Positions 1 to 9,096 of a DNA stretch of 64,000 nt are shown piece after piece. The notes under the pieces are model-generated. The model saw only the letters and a list, made by a program, of their open reading frames with translations. It had not been told where the DNA came from and did not search any database. Numbering within the stretch: position 1 is the first letter of the stretch; every line of letters begins with the position of its first letter. Source of the DNA: an uncultured Arcobacter sp. (GTDB taxonomy: Bacteria; Campylobacterota; Campylobacteria; Campylobacterales; Arcobacteraceae). The position numbers and the translations under genes were made by a program. The stretch is taken from positions 672,001 through 736,000 of the forward strand of contig OZ223300.1 in assembly GCA_965140705.1 (NCBI GenBank). The letters run 5' to 3'.

Positions 1-266
1 ATTACATGTTTACCTGCATTCATTAGAGTTATTGCTTGCTCTGCATGGATTTGGGTAGGACTTGTAATGATTGCAGCATCAAAATCATATTTTAAAGCAT
101 CTTCTAAAGTTAATGTATAGTTTGGAACATTAAATTGTTCAGCTACTTTTTTAGTACCTTCTTCTCTTCTTCCAACTAAGCACACAACTTCAACATCATC
201 TATGTTTGAAAGTGCATCAAGGTGTTTTTTACCAAAAGCACCATTTCCTATTACGCAAATTTTCAT
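1..266 (-). CDS. ligC: 4-carboxy-2-hydroxymuconate-6-semialdehyde dehydrogenase (Gfo/Idh/MocA family), 5' part only; runs off the left edge
   Basis: Not in the ORF track. The minus strand from ATG at 266 reads MKICVIGNGAFGKKHLDAL...ITSPTQIHAEQA, with a GxGxxG Rossmann motif. AAGGAG RBS upstream; directly follows ligB. Confidence 0.85.
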   Translation of the reverse strand, partial: MKICVIGNGAFGKKHLDALSNIDDVEVVCLVGRREEGTKKVAEQFNVPNYTLTLEDALKYDFDAAIITSPTQIHAEQAITLMNAGKHV

Positions 267-279
267 TTTAGATTCTCCT

Positions 280-1125
280 TTACTTTTTATTTTCTAATAT
301 AGTCAAGGTATAATTAGTATTAGAAATTGGACAATGCATAAATCTATAGACTTCATTTACTTCTTTATCCATAGCACCTCTCATTGTCAACCACATAATT
401 GCTTCTGCACCTTCTGAACCAGTTTCTCTAATAAGTTCAGTTGTTGAAATATCTTTAATACTTTCAGGATCTTTTACTAAGCTATTTAACCAGTTAGTAT
501 CATAATCAACATTGATTAATCCAGCTCTTGGACCTTGCAATTGATGAGAAAGTCCACCTGTTCCTACTACAACAACTTTTGTATCTTCTGGAAATGATTC
601 AACAGCTTCTTTTATAGCTTTACCTAAGTTGTAACATCTATTACCTTTTGGCTGAGGATATTGAACAACTCCCACATATAATGGAATAAATTGACAAGGC
701 CACTCTTTGCAATCTTCCCCAAACATGATTGAAAGGGGTACTGTTACTCCATGATCAACATCTAATTCAAAAGAAAATGCAACATCAAATTCCTTTTCAT
801 TAAAATGCTCTGCTATATGAGCAGAAAGTGCTGGATGTCCTTTCAATGTAGGAACTGGTCTTCTACCATATCCTTCATCTGCTGGTAAATATTCTTCAGC
901 CATACCAATACCAAAAGGAATAACATTTTTTAAAGAAAAATTTGAGCCATGATCGTTATAAACAACAATGCAAACGTCAGGTTTATTCTCTTTCATCCAT
1001 TGTCTAACAGGTTTGATTCCTTCGTTAAATGGTTCCCAATATGGTCCAACATTTGTTTTTGAATCAAATACATGCATGATTGTTGGTATGTGTGAGGTAC
1101 CAATTCCTCCAATAATCTTACCCAT
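280..1125 (-). CDS. ligB: Protocatechuate 4,5-dioxygenase beta subunit (LigB family extradiol dioxygenase)
   Basis: Motifs GTSHIP, VYNDH, DVDHG, GGLSHQLQGPRAG, GSEGAE. Start reassigned to MGKIIGG at 1125, which has an AAGGAG RBS. Confidence 0.93.
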   Translation of the reverse strand: MGKIIGGIGTSHIPTIMHVFDSKTNVGPYWEPFNEGIKPVRQWMKENKPDVCIVVYNDHGSNFSLKNVIPFGIGMAEEYLPADEGYGRRPVPTLKGHPALSAHIAEHFNEKEFDVAFSFELDVDHGVTVPLSIMFGEDCKEWPCQFIPLYVGVVQYPQPKGNRCYNLGKAIKEAVESFPEDTKVVVVGTGGLSHQLQGPRAGLINVDYDTNWLNSLVKDPESIKDISTTELIRETGSEGAEAIMWLTMRGAMDKEVNEVYRFMHCPISNTNYTLTILENKK

Positions 1126-1537
1126 TTTTTTTCTCCTTATTTTCTTTAATACTTCTATTACCTTCAATAGAACGGCCACCATTTATCATCATTTGTTGAA
1201 ACTCTTCTGTTGTCATTCCATTGTCAGACATCATCGCTCCAGCTTGTTGCATATGAAGACCAAGTGTTGCAGCAATTTTCCATAGGTAATAAATATTTCC
1301 ACCTAATTCAAGCAGATAGTTTAAATCCCTTCTTCTAATACCATCTTTCATCTCTTCAGTTAATTTTGGAAACTCATTCATATAAGCATCTTCATCTGCT
1401 AAGAATTTTTTTCTTGCTTCTTCTTTATTTAAAGTGTCACAAAATTTATTTAATTCATAACCTTTTTGACAAGTTTGTAAATCAAAAACTATAGTTCCTG
1501 GAATATCTTTGTAATCTCTATCTTCATACGCACCCAT
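1118..1537 (-). CDS. ligA: Protocatechuate 4,5-dioxygenase alpha subunit
   Basis: DIPGTIVFD...KGYELNKFC...LGGNIYYLWK...MMINGGRS, typical of LigA; adjacent to ligB. Confidence 0.93.
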   Translation of the reverse strand: MGAYEDRDYKDIPGTIVFDLQTCQKGYELNKFCDTLNKEEARKKFLADEDAYMNEFPKLTEEMKDGIRRRDLNYLLELGGNIYYLWKIAATLGLHMQQAGAMMSDNGMTTEEFQQMMINGGRSIEGNRSIKENKEKKNG

Positions 1538-1547
1538 TGTTATCTCC

Positions 1548-2582
1548 TTAGTTATAGTATTTTTCTATATGTTGATTAATTCTTGGAAAAACAGTTTTAA
1601 TGTTATCTTCAAAAATCATCTTTTTCTTTTCTTCACTTATTTTAGAACCATCTATATATCTTTTTGTATCATCAAAATAATGACCTGTTAATGGATCAAT
1701 TCCCCTTACTGCTCCAATCATCTCTGATGCAAAAAGTATATTTTGTGTTGGAACTAATTCTAACAATAAATCAATCCCCTCTTGGTGATAAACACAAGTA
1801 TCAAAATAAATATTATTTTCAATAATATTATTGATATTATCAAGATCTAGCATATCAGCTAAGCCTCTATATCTTCCCCAGTGATAAGGCACTGCTCCAC
1901 CACCATGGGGAATAATAAATCTAAGATTTGGAAAATCTTTAAATAGTGTTTTGCTCATAAATAATTGAGTAAATGCTGTAGTATCTGCACCTAAATAGTA
2001 TGATGAAGTTGCATGAAATGTATGATTGCAACAACCACTTACATGAATCATGCAAGGTACATCAAGTTCAACCATTTTTTCATATAAAGGATACCAATAT
2101 TTATCATCTAAAGGTGGGGCATCATTAAAATAACCTCCCGATGGATCAGGATTTAAATTACATCCAATAAAGCCCAATTCATTTACACATCTCTCAAGTT
2201 CTTTAATACTAGCTTCTAATCCTTCCCCTTGAGATTGGGGTAATTGTGCAACACCAACAAAATTTTTAGGAAATAAACCAACAATTCTTCCAATTAAATC
2301 ATTACAATGTTCAGTCCAAGCGATGCTTGTACTTAAATTACCAACATGGTGTTCCATTCTACTAGCTCGTGGAGAAAAAATAGTTAAATCTGTTCCTCTT
2401 TCTTCTTGTAGTTTTAATTGATTATTTACGATACTCTCTCTTAGTTGTTCATCAGTAATATTTATTTCACCCTTTAAATGTTGAATTAGAGGGTTCTCTT
2501 TTAACTCTTTTTTTTGATTATCTCTATAATCAGTTAGTTCTTGTGGAGCTGTTGTATAATGTCCATGGCAATCAATAATCAT
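1548..2582 (-). CDS. ligJ: 4-oxalomesaconate hydratase (amidohydrolase family)
   Basis: MIIDCHGHYTTAP, FSPRAS, NLNPDPSGG, PHGGGAVPYHWGRYRG, FASEMIGAVRGIDP. Confidence 0.92.
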   Translation of the reverse strand: MIIDCHGHYTTAPQELTDYRDNQKKELKENPLIQHLKGEINITDEQLRESIVNNQLKLQEERGTDLTIFSPRASRMEHHVGNLSTSIAWTEHCNDLIGRIVGLFPKNFVGVAQLPQSQGEGLEASIKELERCVNELGFIGCNLNPDPSGGYFNDAPPLDDKYWYPLYEKMVELDVPCMIHVSGCCNHTFHATSSYYLGADTTAFTQLFMSKTLFKDFPNLRFIIPHGGGAVPYHWGRYRGLADMLDLDNINNIIENNIYFDTCVYHQEGIDLLLELVPTQNILFASEMIGAVRGIDPLTGHYFDDTKRYIDGSKISEEKKKMIFEDNIKTVFPRINQHIEKYYN

Positions 2583-2583
2583 C

Positions 2584-3303
2584 TTATAATCCTTTTTTTA
2601 AATCTTCTAAAGTATCAAAATATTTGAATCCAGCACTTTCAAGTCCTGGTCTCATTTTATAAAGGTCTAATCCTAAAACACCTGCTTCAAATTTAGCTCT
2701 TTTTTCACCTTCATAATCTTCTCTTTTTTGTGCTGCATCAGCTACAGTTTTTGCATTTTCTCTCTCAACTACACAAACTCCATCATCATCTGCAACAATA
2801 ATATCGCCAGGATTTATAATTTGTCCTGCACATATAATTGGTATATTTACAGAGCCAAGTGTATTTTTTACAGTTCCTTTTATGCTAACTGCTTTTGACC
2901 AAACTGGAAATCCCATCTCTTCTAAATCTTTAGTATCCCTTACTCCTCCATCAATAACAAGCCCTTTTACACCTTGTGCTATTGCTGAGGTTGCAAGTAA
3001 ATCACCAAAAAAGCCATCTGAATTTTCTGTTACACAAGTGGCAATAATTATATCACCTGGTCGTGATAATTCCATAGCAACATGTAACATCCAGTTATCA
3101 CCTGGCTGTAATAGAACTGTAATTGCACTTCCAGCAATTCTTGCTCCTTTATAAATAGGACGTAAATAAGGTTGTAAATTTCCAACTCTTTTTTGTGCTT
3201 CATGAACTGTTGCTGTCCCAAATTTTTCTAATCTATCTATTTCACTTTGTGGTGCTCTTTGTATATTTTTAATAGCTACACCTAATTGTTGTTCTTTTAA
3301 CAT
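2584..3303 (-). CDS. ligK: 4-carboxy-4-hydroxy-2-oxoadipate aldolase (RraA-like fold)
   Basis: [40 protein letters not shown]. Start moved to the ATG at 3303 (GGAGG RBS). Confidence 0.92.
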   Translation of the reverse strand: MLKEQQLGVAIKNIQRAPQSEIDRLEKFGTATVHEAQKRVGNLQPYLRPIYKGARIAGSAITVLLQPGDNWMLHVAMELSRPGDIIIATCVTENSDGFFGDLLATSAIAQGVKGLVIDGGVRDTKDLEEMGFPVWSKAVSIKGTVKNTLGSVNIPIICAGQIINPGDIIVADDDGVCVVERENAKTVADAAQKREDYEGEKRAKFEAGVLGLDLYKMRPGLESAGFKYFDTLEDLKKGL

Positions 3304-3304
3304 C

Positions 3305-4177
3305 TTAATCCTCCCATCCGTATAATCTAGCTGGATTATCAACAAGAATTTTCTTTTGTAATATTGGATCTGGAACCATAAGCGAAAATAAATCTAAAAG
3401 ATCCGCATCATTTGGCATATACTTTTTGATATTTGGATGAGGACAATCTGTTCCCCATAAAATTCGATCAGGCGCAATTGAAACTAACTTTTGAGCATAT
3501 GGAATTGCATCGTAAAATGGAGGTTGAACTCCAATTCTTTCAGCTCCTGAGATTTTAACCCACCAGTTTGGTTTTTCCATAAATTTACATAAAATCTTAA
3601 ATGCTTCTTGTTCAACACCTTTACTAGTTGGGACTCTTCCCATATGATCAACAACAATTGTCATATCAAATTTTGCAAAGAAATTTTCATATTTGATAAT
3701 ATCTTCTGCATTTACATGAATTACTAAATGCCATCCATATGGGATTACTTTTTTTATAACTCTTTCCATCATTTCTAAATCGGGAGCTCCACCTAAATGA
3801 GTAACAAAGTTAAATCTTATACCTCTAACACCATTATCATTTAAATATTTGAAATCTTCATCTGTAAATGAATCATCAGCCATACAAACACCCTTATATC
3901 TTTTTGGGTCATTTTTTATTGCATCTAACATTGCAGAATTATCTTTCCCATGACAAGAAGCTTGTACTAAAACAGCTCTTGTAATACCAATTTTATCGTG
4001 CATCTTTCTAAGTAGTGCTTCTGGCGTATCTGGTGGCCAATATGTTGCTTTTTCAGAATATGGGAACACATTATGTGGTCCAAATACATGACAGTGTGCA
4101 TCACATGCATTTTTCATAGCCTTATATACTGGTGTTTTAGTATTTCTATCTGGTGCCATACATGATTTCTTTTCCAA
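3305..4177 (-). CDS. ligI: 2-pyrone-4,6-dicarboxylate hydrolase (lactonase)
   Basis: [54 protein letters not shown]; pathway context. Confidence 0.85.
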   Translation of the reverse strand: MEKKSCMAPDRNTKTPVYKAMKNACDAHCHVFGPHNVFPYSEKATYWPPDTPEALLRKMHDKIGITRAVLVQASCHGKDNSAMLDAIKNDPKRYKGVCMADDSFTDEDFKYLNDNGVRGIRFNFVTHLGGAPDLEMMERVIKKVIPYGWHLVIHVNAEDIIKYENFFAKFDMTIVVDHMGRVPTSKGVEQEAFKILCKFMEKPNWWVKISGAERIGVQPPFYDAIPYAQKLVSIAPDRILWGTDCPHPNIKKYMPNDADLLDLFSLMVPDPILQKKILVDNPARLYGWED

Positions 4178-4187
4178 AGTTTTTCCT

Positions 4188-5276
4188 TTATATTTGATTA
4201 ATTATTTCTTGGTGAGGATATGCCTCACCTTTGCTTATAAGTCTTGCTGTTCTTAAAAGACCAGCTTTTTTTATTACTAATTCATTATTTATATTTTCAC
4301 AAGTTAATTCAACAGAAAATTCACCACTAGGATGCTCTACTGAAATTTGGTTGACTAAACTTTTTTCTATAGTGCTAATTCCATTTGTTACACATTCATC
4401 ATATAAACAAGCACTAGCTACTGATACAGCACCTAGTACTCCTATTGCAGCATGGCAATTATGGGGTATAAAAGTTCTTGTACTAATATTTCCACCATTT
4501 TTTGCAGGTGATATTAAACTCATCTTAGGAACGACTTTATTTGTAACATCGCCTAAATTCATTAGTGGTCCTACTTTTAATCTGATTGCTTCAAGTTTTT
4601 CTTTAAAGTCTAAATCTTCACTGAGCTCTTCGCAAGTCTCATATCCTGTTTTACCTAATTCGCTTGCACTAATAAGTACAACAGGCATACCATTATCAAT
4701 ACATGTAACGTTAATCCCATTAATTACATCCTTTTTATTTCCTGTTGGAAATAAAGAACCACAGACAGAACCTGCAACATCCATATAATTACAAATTATA
4801 GGAGCAGACGTTCCAGGAACACCATCTATTCTTGCTTCACCTTCATAGGTTAATTTACCATCTGGTGTATGCATTACCAATTCACAAATGTTGTTACTAT
4901 TAATCATATTTACTTTTATAGAAGTTTTGTCAGCTTTCGTTTTTACCATACCTTTTTCAATTGCAAATGCACCAACTCCAGCAAGTATATTCCCACAGTT
5001 TGGAGAACTATCAACTCTGTTTTCACCAACAACAACTTGTATAAATAAATAATCAATATCAAATTCTTCATTTTCAGATTTATTGATGATTGCAACTTTA
5101 CTTGTAAGTGGGTTCGCTCCACCTAAACCATCAATTTGTCTTTTATCTCGCCCTACAATACTTAGTATAATTTCATCTCTAAGTTTTGTATCTTCAGGAA
5201 GATCTTTTTTATCAAAATAAATACCTTTTGAACTTCCACCTCTTATAATAAAGTATGGAATTGAAGAATATTTCAT
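4188..5276 (-). CDS. ligU: 4-oxalomesaconate tautomerase (PrpF/GalD/LigU family)
   Basis: RGGSSKG, QIDGLGG, LTSKVA, NCGN, DNGMP, CHAAIGV, VEHPSG, RTAR. Confidence 0.88.
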   Translation of the reverse strand: MKYSSIPYFIIRGGSSKGIYFDKKDLPEDTKLRDEIILSIVGRDKRQIDGLGGANPLTSKVAIINKSENEEFDIDYLFIQVVVGENRVDSSPNCGNILAGVGAFAIEKGMVKTKADKTSIKVNMINSNNICELVMHTPDGKLTYEGEARIDGVPGTSAPIICNYMDVAGSVCGSLFPTGNKKDVINGINVTCIDNGMPVVLISASELGKTGYETCEELSEDLDFKEKLEAIRLKVGPLMNLGDVTNKVVPKMSLISPAKNGGNISTRTFIPHNCHAAIGVLGAVSVASACLYDECVTNGISTIEKSLVNQISVEHPSGEFSVELTCENINNELVIKKAGLLRTARLISKGEAYPHQEIINQI

Positions 5277-5292
5277 ATAACACCTTTCTAAC

Positions 5293-5349
5293 TTCGAACA
5301 TTTGTACGAAAACTATAACAAGTCTAATTTTAAAGTTCGCTTAACGAAC
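5293..5349 (-). promoter_or_regulatory. lig operon promoter with two flanking palindromic operator candidates
   Basis: Extended -10 TG-T-TATAGT on the minus strand (5312-5320). Flanked by the imperfect palindrome TTCGAACATTTGTACGAA (5293-5310) and GTTCG-CTTAA-CGAAC (5335-5349). Confidence 0.55.
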
Positions 5350-5643
5350 AAAAGTTCTTAAAAAGCTTAGAATAGCATTAAAATAGCATTTTTTTATGAC
5401 TATTCTGTTTTTATGGTGATAAAGGCTAAATGAAATAATTAATCAATATTTAAGTAAAAAAACAAATTTTATAATTCTTTTATTTTTTATAAAATTCTTA
5501 AACAAATTTTTGTTTTTTAAGAGAGAACTTATATGTTATAGAAGAGTGAAAATTAATAGACAATTTAATAGATTACCTTTTGTCTTTAGTTATTTATTTG
5601 ATATAATAATTTATAAATATATTTAATAAATAAAAGGAGTGAT

Positions 5644-6072
5644 ATGGAGTGTGAATTTCCAACTATTAATTCAAATAATGAAGAGATAAAAGAGATATTT
5701 AATAATACTAAAACGATAGCAATTGCAGGACTTTCTCCTGATACTACTAAAGCTAGTAATATGGTTGCTAGGTATTTACAAAATGCTGGTTTTAAAATAG
5801 TACCAATTTATCCAAAAGAAGAGACTATATTAGGTGAAAAGGTTTATAGAAGTTTAGAAGAGATACCTTTTAAAATAGATATGGTTGATATATTTAGAAA
5901 ACCAGCTGCAATAGCTTCTGTTGTAGATGCTTGTATAAAAAGAGGAGATATTGATACTGTATGGACTCAATTGGGGCTTGTAAATAATGAAGCTGCTAAA
6001 AAAGCAGAAGAATCAGGTATGAAAGTAGTACAAAATAAATGTACTAAAATAGAGCACGCGGCTCTGTTTTAA
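5644..6072 (+). CDS. CoA-binding protein (YccU-like)
   Basis: KTIAIAGLSP...ILGEKVY...DMVDIFR...VWTQLG...KVVQNKC; AAGGAG RBS. Confidence 0.88.
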   Translation: MECEFPTINSNNEEIKEIFNNTKTIAIAGLSPDTTKASNMVARYLQNAGFKIVPIYPKEETILGEKVYRSLEEIPFKIDMVDIFRKPAAIASVVDACIKRGDIDTVWTQLGLVNNEAAKKAEESGMKVVQNKCTKIEHAALF

Positions 6073-7369
6073 GTTTAGTTAGATGTTTTAAGTGTGGATT
6101 GTTGAGCAATTCTATTGTTGCAACAGTTCCACTTTTACCATCTGTTCTATTTTTTAGGGTAATATTAGCACCTAAAGCATCCGCTGCATTTTTTGCTAAA
6201 AATAATCCAAGTCCTGCACCACTTTCTTCCCCAAATCGCTTAAATGGAGCAAATAAGTCCATAGATTCATCAATACCAATACCTTCATCAGTTATTGTTA
6301 ATACGGCTCTATCATTTATTCTATCTAGTACTATTGCTATACTTTTATCTACAGGAGTAAATTTAATTGCATTTTGCATAAAGTTTTGTAGTATTTGATT
6401 AAAAAGTGTTGGTTGAATAGAGGTGTAAAAATTATTTACGCTAGCATAGTATGTTATAGTGATTTTTTTCTCTGCACTTAACATTCTAAAATCATTTGCT
6501 TTTCTTTTCATATATTGGACTAAGTCTAACTCTTCTGCTTTTTCAAATTGAGCACCTTCTTGTCTTCCAATATCTAAAATAGAAGAAATCATTTTATTCA
6601 TATCATTTATCTGTTGTATATTTAATTTTAAAGTTTCTTGATATTTTTCTGGTTCTCTTTGTTTCATAAGTGTTACTTCATTTTTTAGTTTCATAACAGC
6701 AAGAGGAGTTTTAAGTTCGTGGGCAGCACCAACAAAAAGTTCTTTTTTAAACATAACAAAAGTTTGTATTCTATTTGTAAGTTTATTAATAGAATTTGCT
6801 AAAGGATGGAACTCTATTGGTAGTCCATTTTTATCTATCTTAGTTAAATAGTTTTCATTCATATTTGATAATTTATCAGTTATTTGAATAATAGGTTTTA
6901 GTAGAGTCTTAGATACTGTAAATGCATATAAAACAACCATAATCAATCCACCAATAGAAAGTAGTATTACATTGTTGAATATTTTATTAAGCATTGAAAT
7001 TGCGTAATCAACATTTTTTATTATTTTAATAAATTTGTGATTTTTAACATCAAATGGATATAAGATTTCAATATAATATTTATCATCTTGTCGATAATCT
7101 TTATATTTAACTTCTTTTAAATCATCAATAGTAACAATATCTACAATAATTCCAGAGTTTGTAATAATATTGAAGTTATCTTCTGTTTGTTCGTTATTGA
7201 CACTTATTTGATAGATGATTTTAGCATCATTGAAAAGACTCTCTTTGATACCTTCATAAATTGTAGCTTTTGTATAACCGTAAAATAAAAATGAAAGAGT
7301 GATTATAAAAAGTGAAGTAGCAATTATAAGTTTTTGATAAAATTGTTTATAAATGCTCTTGAAATTCAC
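6044..7369 (-). CDS. Membrane sensor histidine kinase (two TM helices, HAMP, HisKA, HATPase), probable partner of hsrA
   Basis: H-box AAHELKTPL, N-box NFMQNAIKF, DEGIG, GAGLGL; directly downstream of the response regulator. Confidence 0.92.
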   Translation of the reverse strand: MNFKSIYKQFYQKLIIATSLFIITLSFLFYGYTKATIYEGIKESLFNDAKIIYQISVNNEQTEDNFNIITNSGIIVDIVTIDDLKEVKYKDYRQDDKYYIEILYPFDVKNHKFIKIIKNVDYAISMLNKIFNNVILLSIGGLIMVVLYAFTVSKTLLKPIIQITDKLSNMNENYLTKIDKNGLPIEFHPLANSINKLTNRIQTFVMFKKELFVGAAHELKTPLAVMKLKNEVTLMKQREPEKYQETLKLNIQQINDMNKMISSILDIGRQEGAQFEKAEELDLVQYMKRKANDFRMLSAEKKITITYYASVNNFYTSIQPTLFNQILQNFMQNAIKFTPVDKSIAIVLDRINDRAVLTITDEGIGIDESMDLFAPFKRFGEESGAGLGLFLAKNAADALGANITLKNRTDGKSGTVATIELLNNPHLKHLTKLKTEPRALF

Positions 7370-7386
7370 TTTTTAAATCTTTTTAA

Positions 7387-8073
7387 TTAAGCTGTAGCTT
7401 CGTCATCAGTATTTGGATAACAGAATCTATAACCTCTTCTTCTGATTGTTTCAATTGTAGAGATATTTAATGGTTTGTCCATTTTTTGTCTAATTTGATT
7501 GATTGCAACTTCAATAACATTTGGAGTAACTAATTCTGGCTCTTCCCAAATTGCATCAAGTAATTGTTCTTTTGAAACAATTTGATCTCTATGTCTTGCT
7601 AAGTGAGTTAATACTTCAAAAGGTTTACCTTTTAATTCAATCTCTTCACCAGCATAAAGAATTTTTTCTTCATCAGGATTAATTGATAACTCATCAATTT
7701 CAATTATATTTGTTCCACCAAATCTTAATCTTGCCTCAATTCTTGCAAGTAAAATATCAAAATCAAATGGTTTTTTAATATAATCATCAGCACCTGCTTT
7801 TAATGCTTCGATTTCACTATCTTTATCATCTCTTGCTGAGATAATAACAACTGCTGTTCTGCTACTTCTGTTTTTAACAATTTTACATAACTCAATTCCA
7901 TCACCATCTGGTAACATCCAGTCTGTTAATATTAAATCGTAATTTCTAATGTCTATAAAATATTCTGCATCTTTATAGTTTTCTGCTGAGTCAACTTGAT
8001 AACCAAAATCAGTCAAGCCCTCTTGCAGTGTTCTGTTAAGCGTAATTTCATCTTCGATAATTAAAATTCTCAT
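7387..8073 (-). CDS. hsrA: OmpR-family response regulator, HsrA/HP1043/CosR orthologue
   Basis: C-terminal LKGKPFEVLTHLARHRDQIVSKEQLLDAIWEEPELVTPNVIEVAINQIRQKMDKPL is characteristic of HP1043/CosR; YFIDIRNYDL in the receiver domain. Confidence 0.9.
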   Translation of the reverse strand: MRILIIEDEITLNRTLQEGLTDFGYQVDSAENYKDAEYFIDIRNYDLILTDWMLPDGDGIELCKIVKNRSSRTAVVIISARDDKDSEIEALKAGADDYIKKPFDFDILLARIEARLRFGGTNIIEIDELSINPDEEKILYAGEEIELKGKPFEVLTHLARHRDQIVSKEQLLDAIWEEPELVTPNVIEVAINQIRQKMDKPLNISTIETIRRRGYRFCYPNTDDEATA

Positions 8074-8095
8074 TTATGTCCCTTACTTTCTTATG

Positions 8096-8166
8096 TTAAA
8101 CTTAAGTTTAATTTAATTTTCGCGAATTATATCATAAATAATTTCAAATTTAAAGGGTTTTTAAGG
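8096..8166 (-). promoter_or_regulatory. hsrA promoter region
   Basis: TG-A-TATAAT on the minus strand (8126-8134). TTTAA repeats 11 bp apart (8149 and 8160). Perfect palindrome TTAAACTTAAGTTTAA at 8096-8111. Confidence 0.45.
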
Positions 8167-8273
8167 AAAATTGTTAAATTTCTTTTTAGAAGATATTTAT
8201 AGGATGATTCCATTAACTATATATTAATAAAAAATTGGTAAAATATCTCCTATAACAAATTTAAGGATTTTAT

Positions 8274-9083
8274 ATGAGAAAAACGATTTTAAGTATTGTT
8301 ACAGCTTTCGCACTGACAGCTACAACATTAAGTGCAGCTGAAACTTTTGCATCTGTTAATGGTGAAGATATAACAACACAAGATGTTGCACAACTTTTAA
8401 GAGGGCAAAATGTTAACTTTGAATCTCTTCCAAAAGAGACAAAAGATAGAGTTATTAGTCAATTAGTTGAAAAGAAATTATTAACACAAAAAGCAGTTAA
8501 AAGTGGGATAGAAAAAGAAGAAAAATATAAAGATGCTTTAGCAAAAATCAAAGAAGATTTAGCTTTAGAATTATGGATGCAAAAAGAGTATGCAAAAGTA
8601 AAAGTTACTGAGGCAGAAGAGAAAAGTTTTTATGATAAAAATAAAGAAAAATTTAAAACACCTGATACTTTAGAAGCTAGACATATATTAGTTAAAACTG
8701 AAAAAGAGGCTAAAGATATTATTGCAAAACTTAATATTGCAAAAAATAAAAAAGGTTCATTTGAAGAGTTAGCAAAAAAATTCTCAATAGGACCAACAAA
8801 AACTAAAGGTGGATATCTTGGAAAATTCCAAGCTAAACAAATGGTACCTGAGTTTTCAAAAGCTGCTTTAGCATTGAAAAAAGGTGAATACACTAAAACT
8901 CCTGTTAAAACTCAATTTGGTTATCATGTAATTTATTTAGAAAACAAAGAAGTTTCAAAAGTGTTACCTTTTGATAAAGTTAAAGGTAATATAGAAAAAT
9001 TAATTGTTCAAGAAAAATATGCAAAAATGATAAAAGAAGAAGTTGCAAAACTTAAAAAAGATGCAAAAATAATTATTAAGTAA
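8274..9083 (+). CDS. Periplasmic parvulin-type peptidyl-prolyl isomerase/chaperone (PEB4/Cbf2-like)
   Basis: Signal peptide, ARHILV, GGYLG, MVPEF, PVKTQFGYHVI; upstream of fba as in Campylobacter. Confidence 0.9.
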   Translation: MRKTILSIVTAFALTATTLSAAETFASVNGEDITTQDVAQLLRGQNVNFESLPKETKDRVISQLVEKKLLTQKAVKSGIEKEEKYKDALAKIKEDLALELWMQKEYAKVKVTEAEEKSFYDKNKEKFKTPDTLEARHILVKTEKEAKDIIAKLNIAKNKKGSFEELAKKFSIGPTKTKGGYLGKFQAKQMVPEFSKAALALKKGEYTKTPVKTQFGYHVIYLENKEVSKVLPFDKVKGNIEKLIVQEKYAKMIKEEVAKLKKDAKIIIK

Positions 9084-9096
9084 TAGGAGAAAAAAT

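Noticed and set aside
5371..5390. Direct repeat AATAGCATT twice upstream of the lig operon
   Set aside because: It is short and AT-rich with no other support as a binding site or island boundary.
6044..6072. Convergent 3' overlap between the CoA-binding gene and the kinase (also cca/lnt at 25506-25516)
   Set aside because: Short tail-to-tail overlaps are common in compact genomes and imply no special function.
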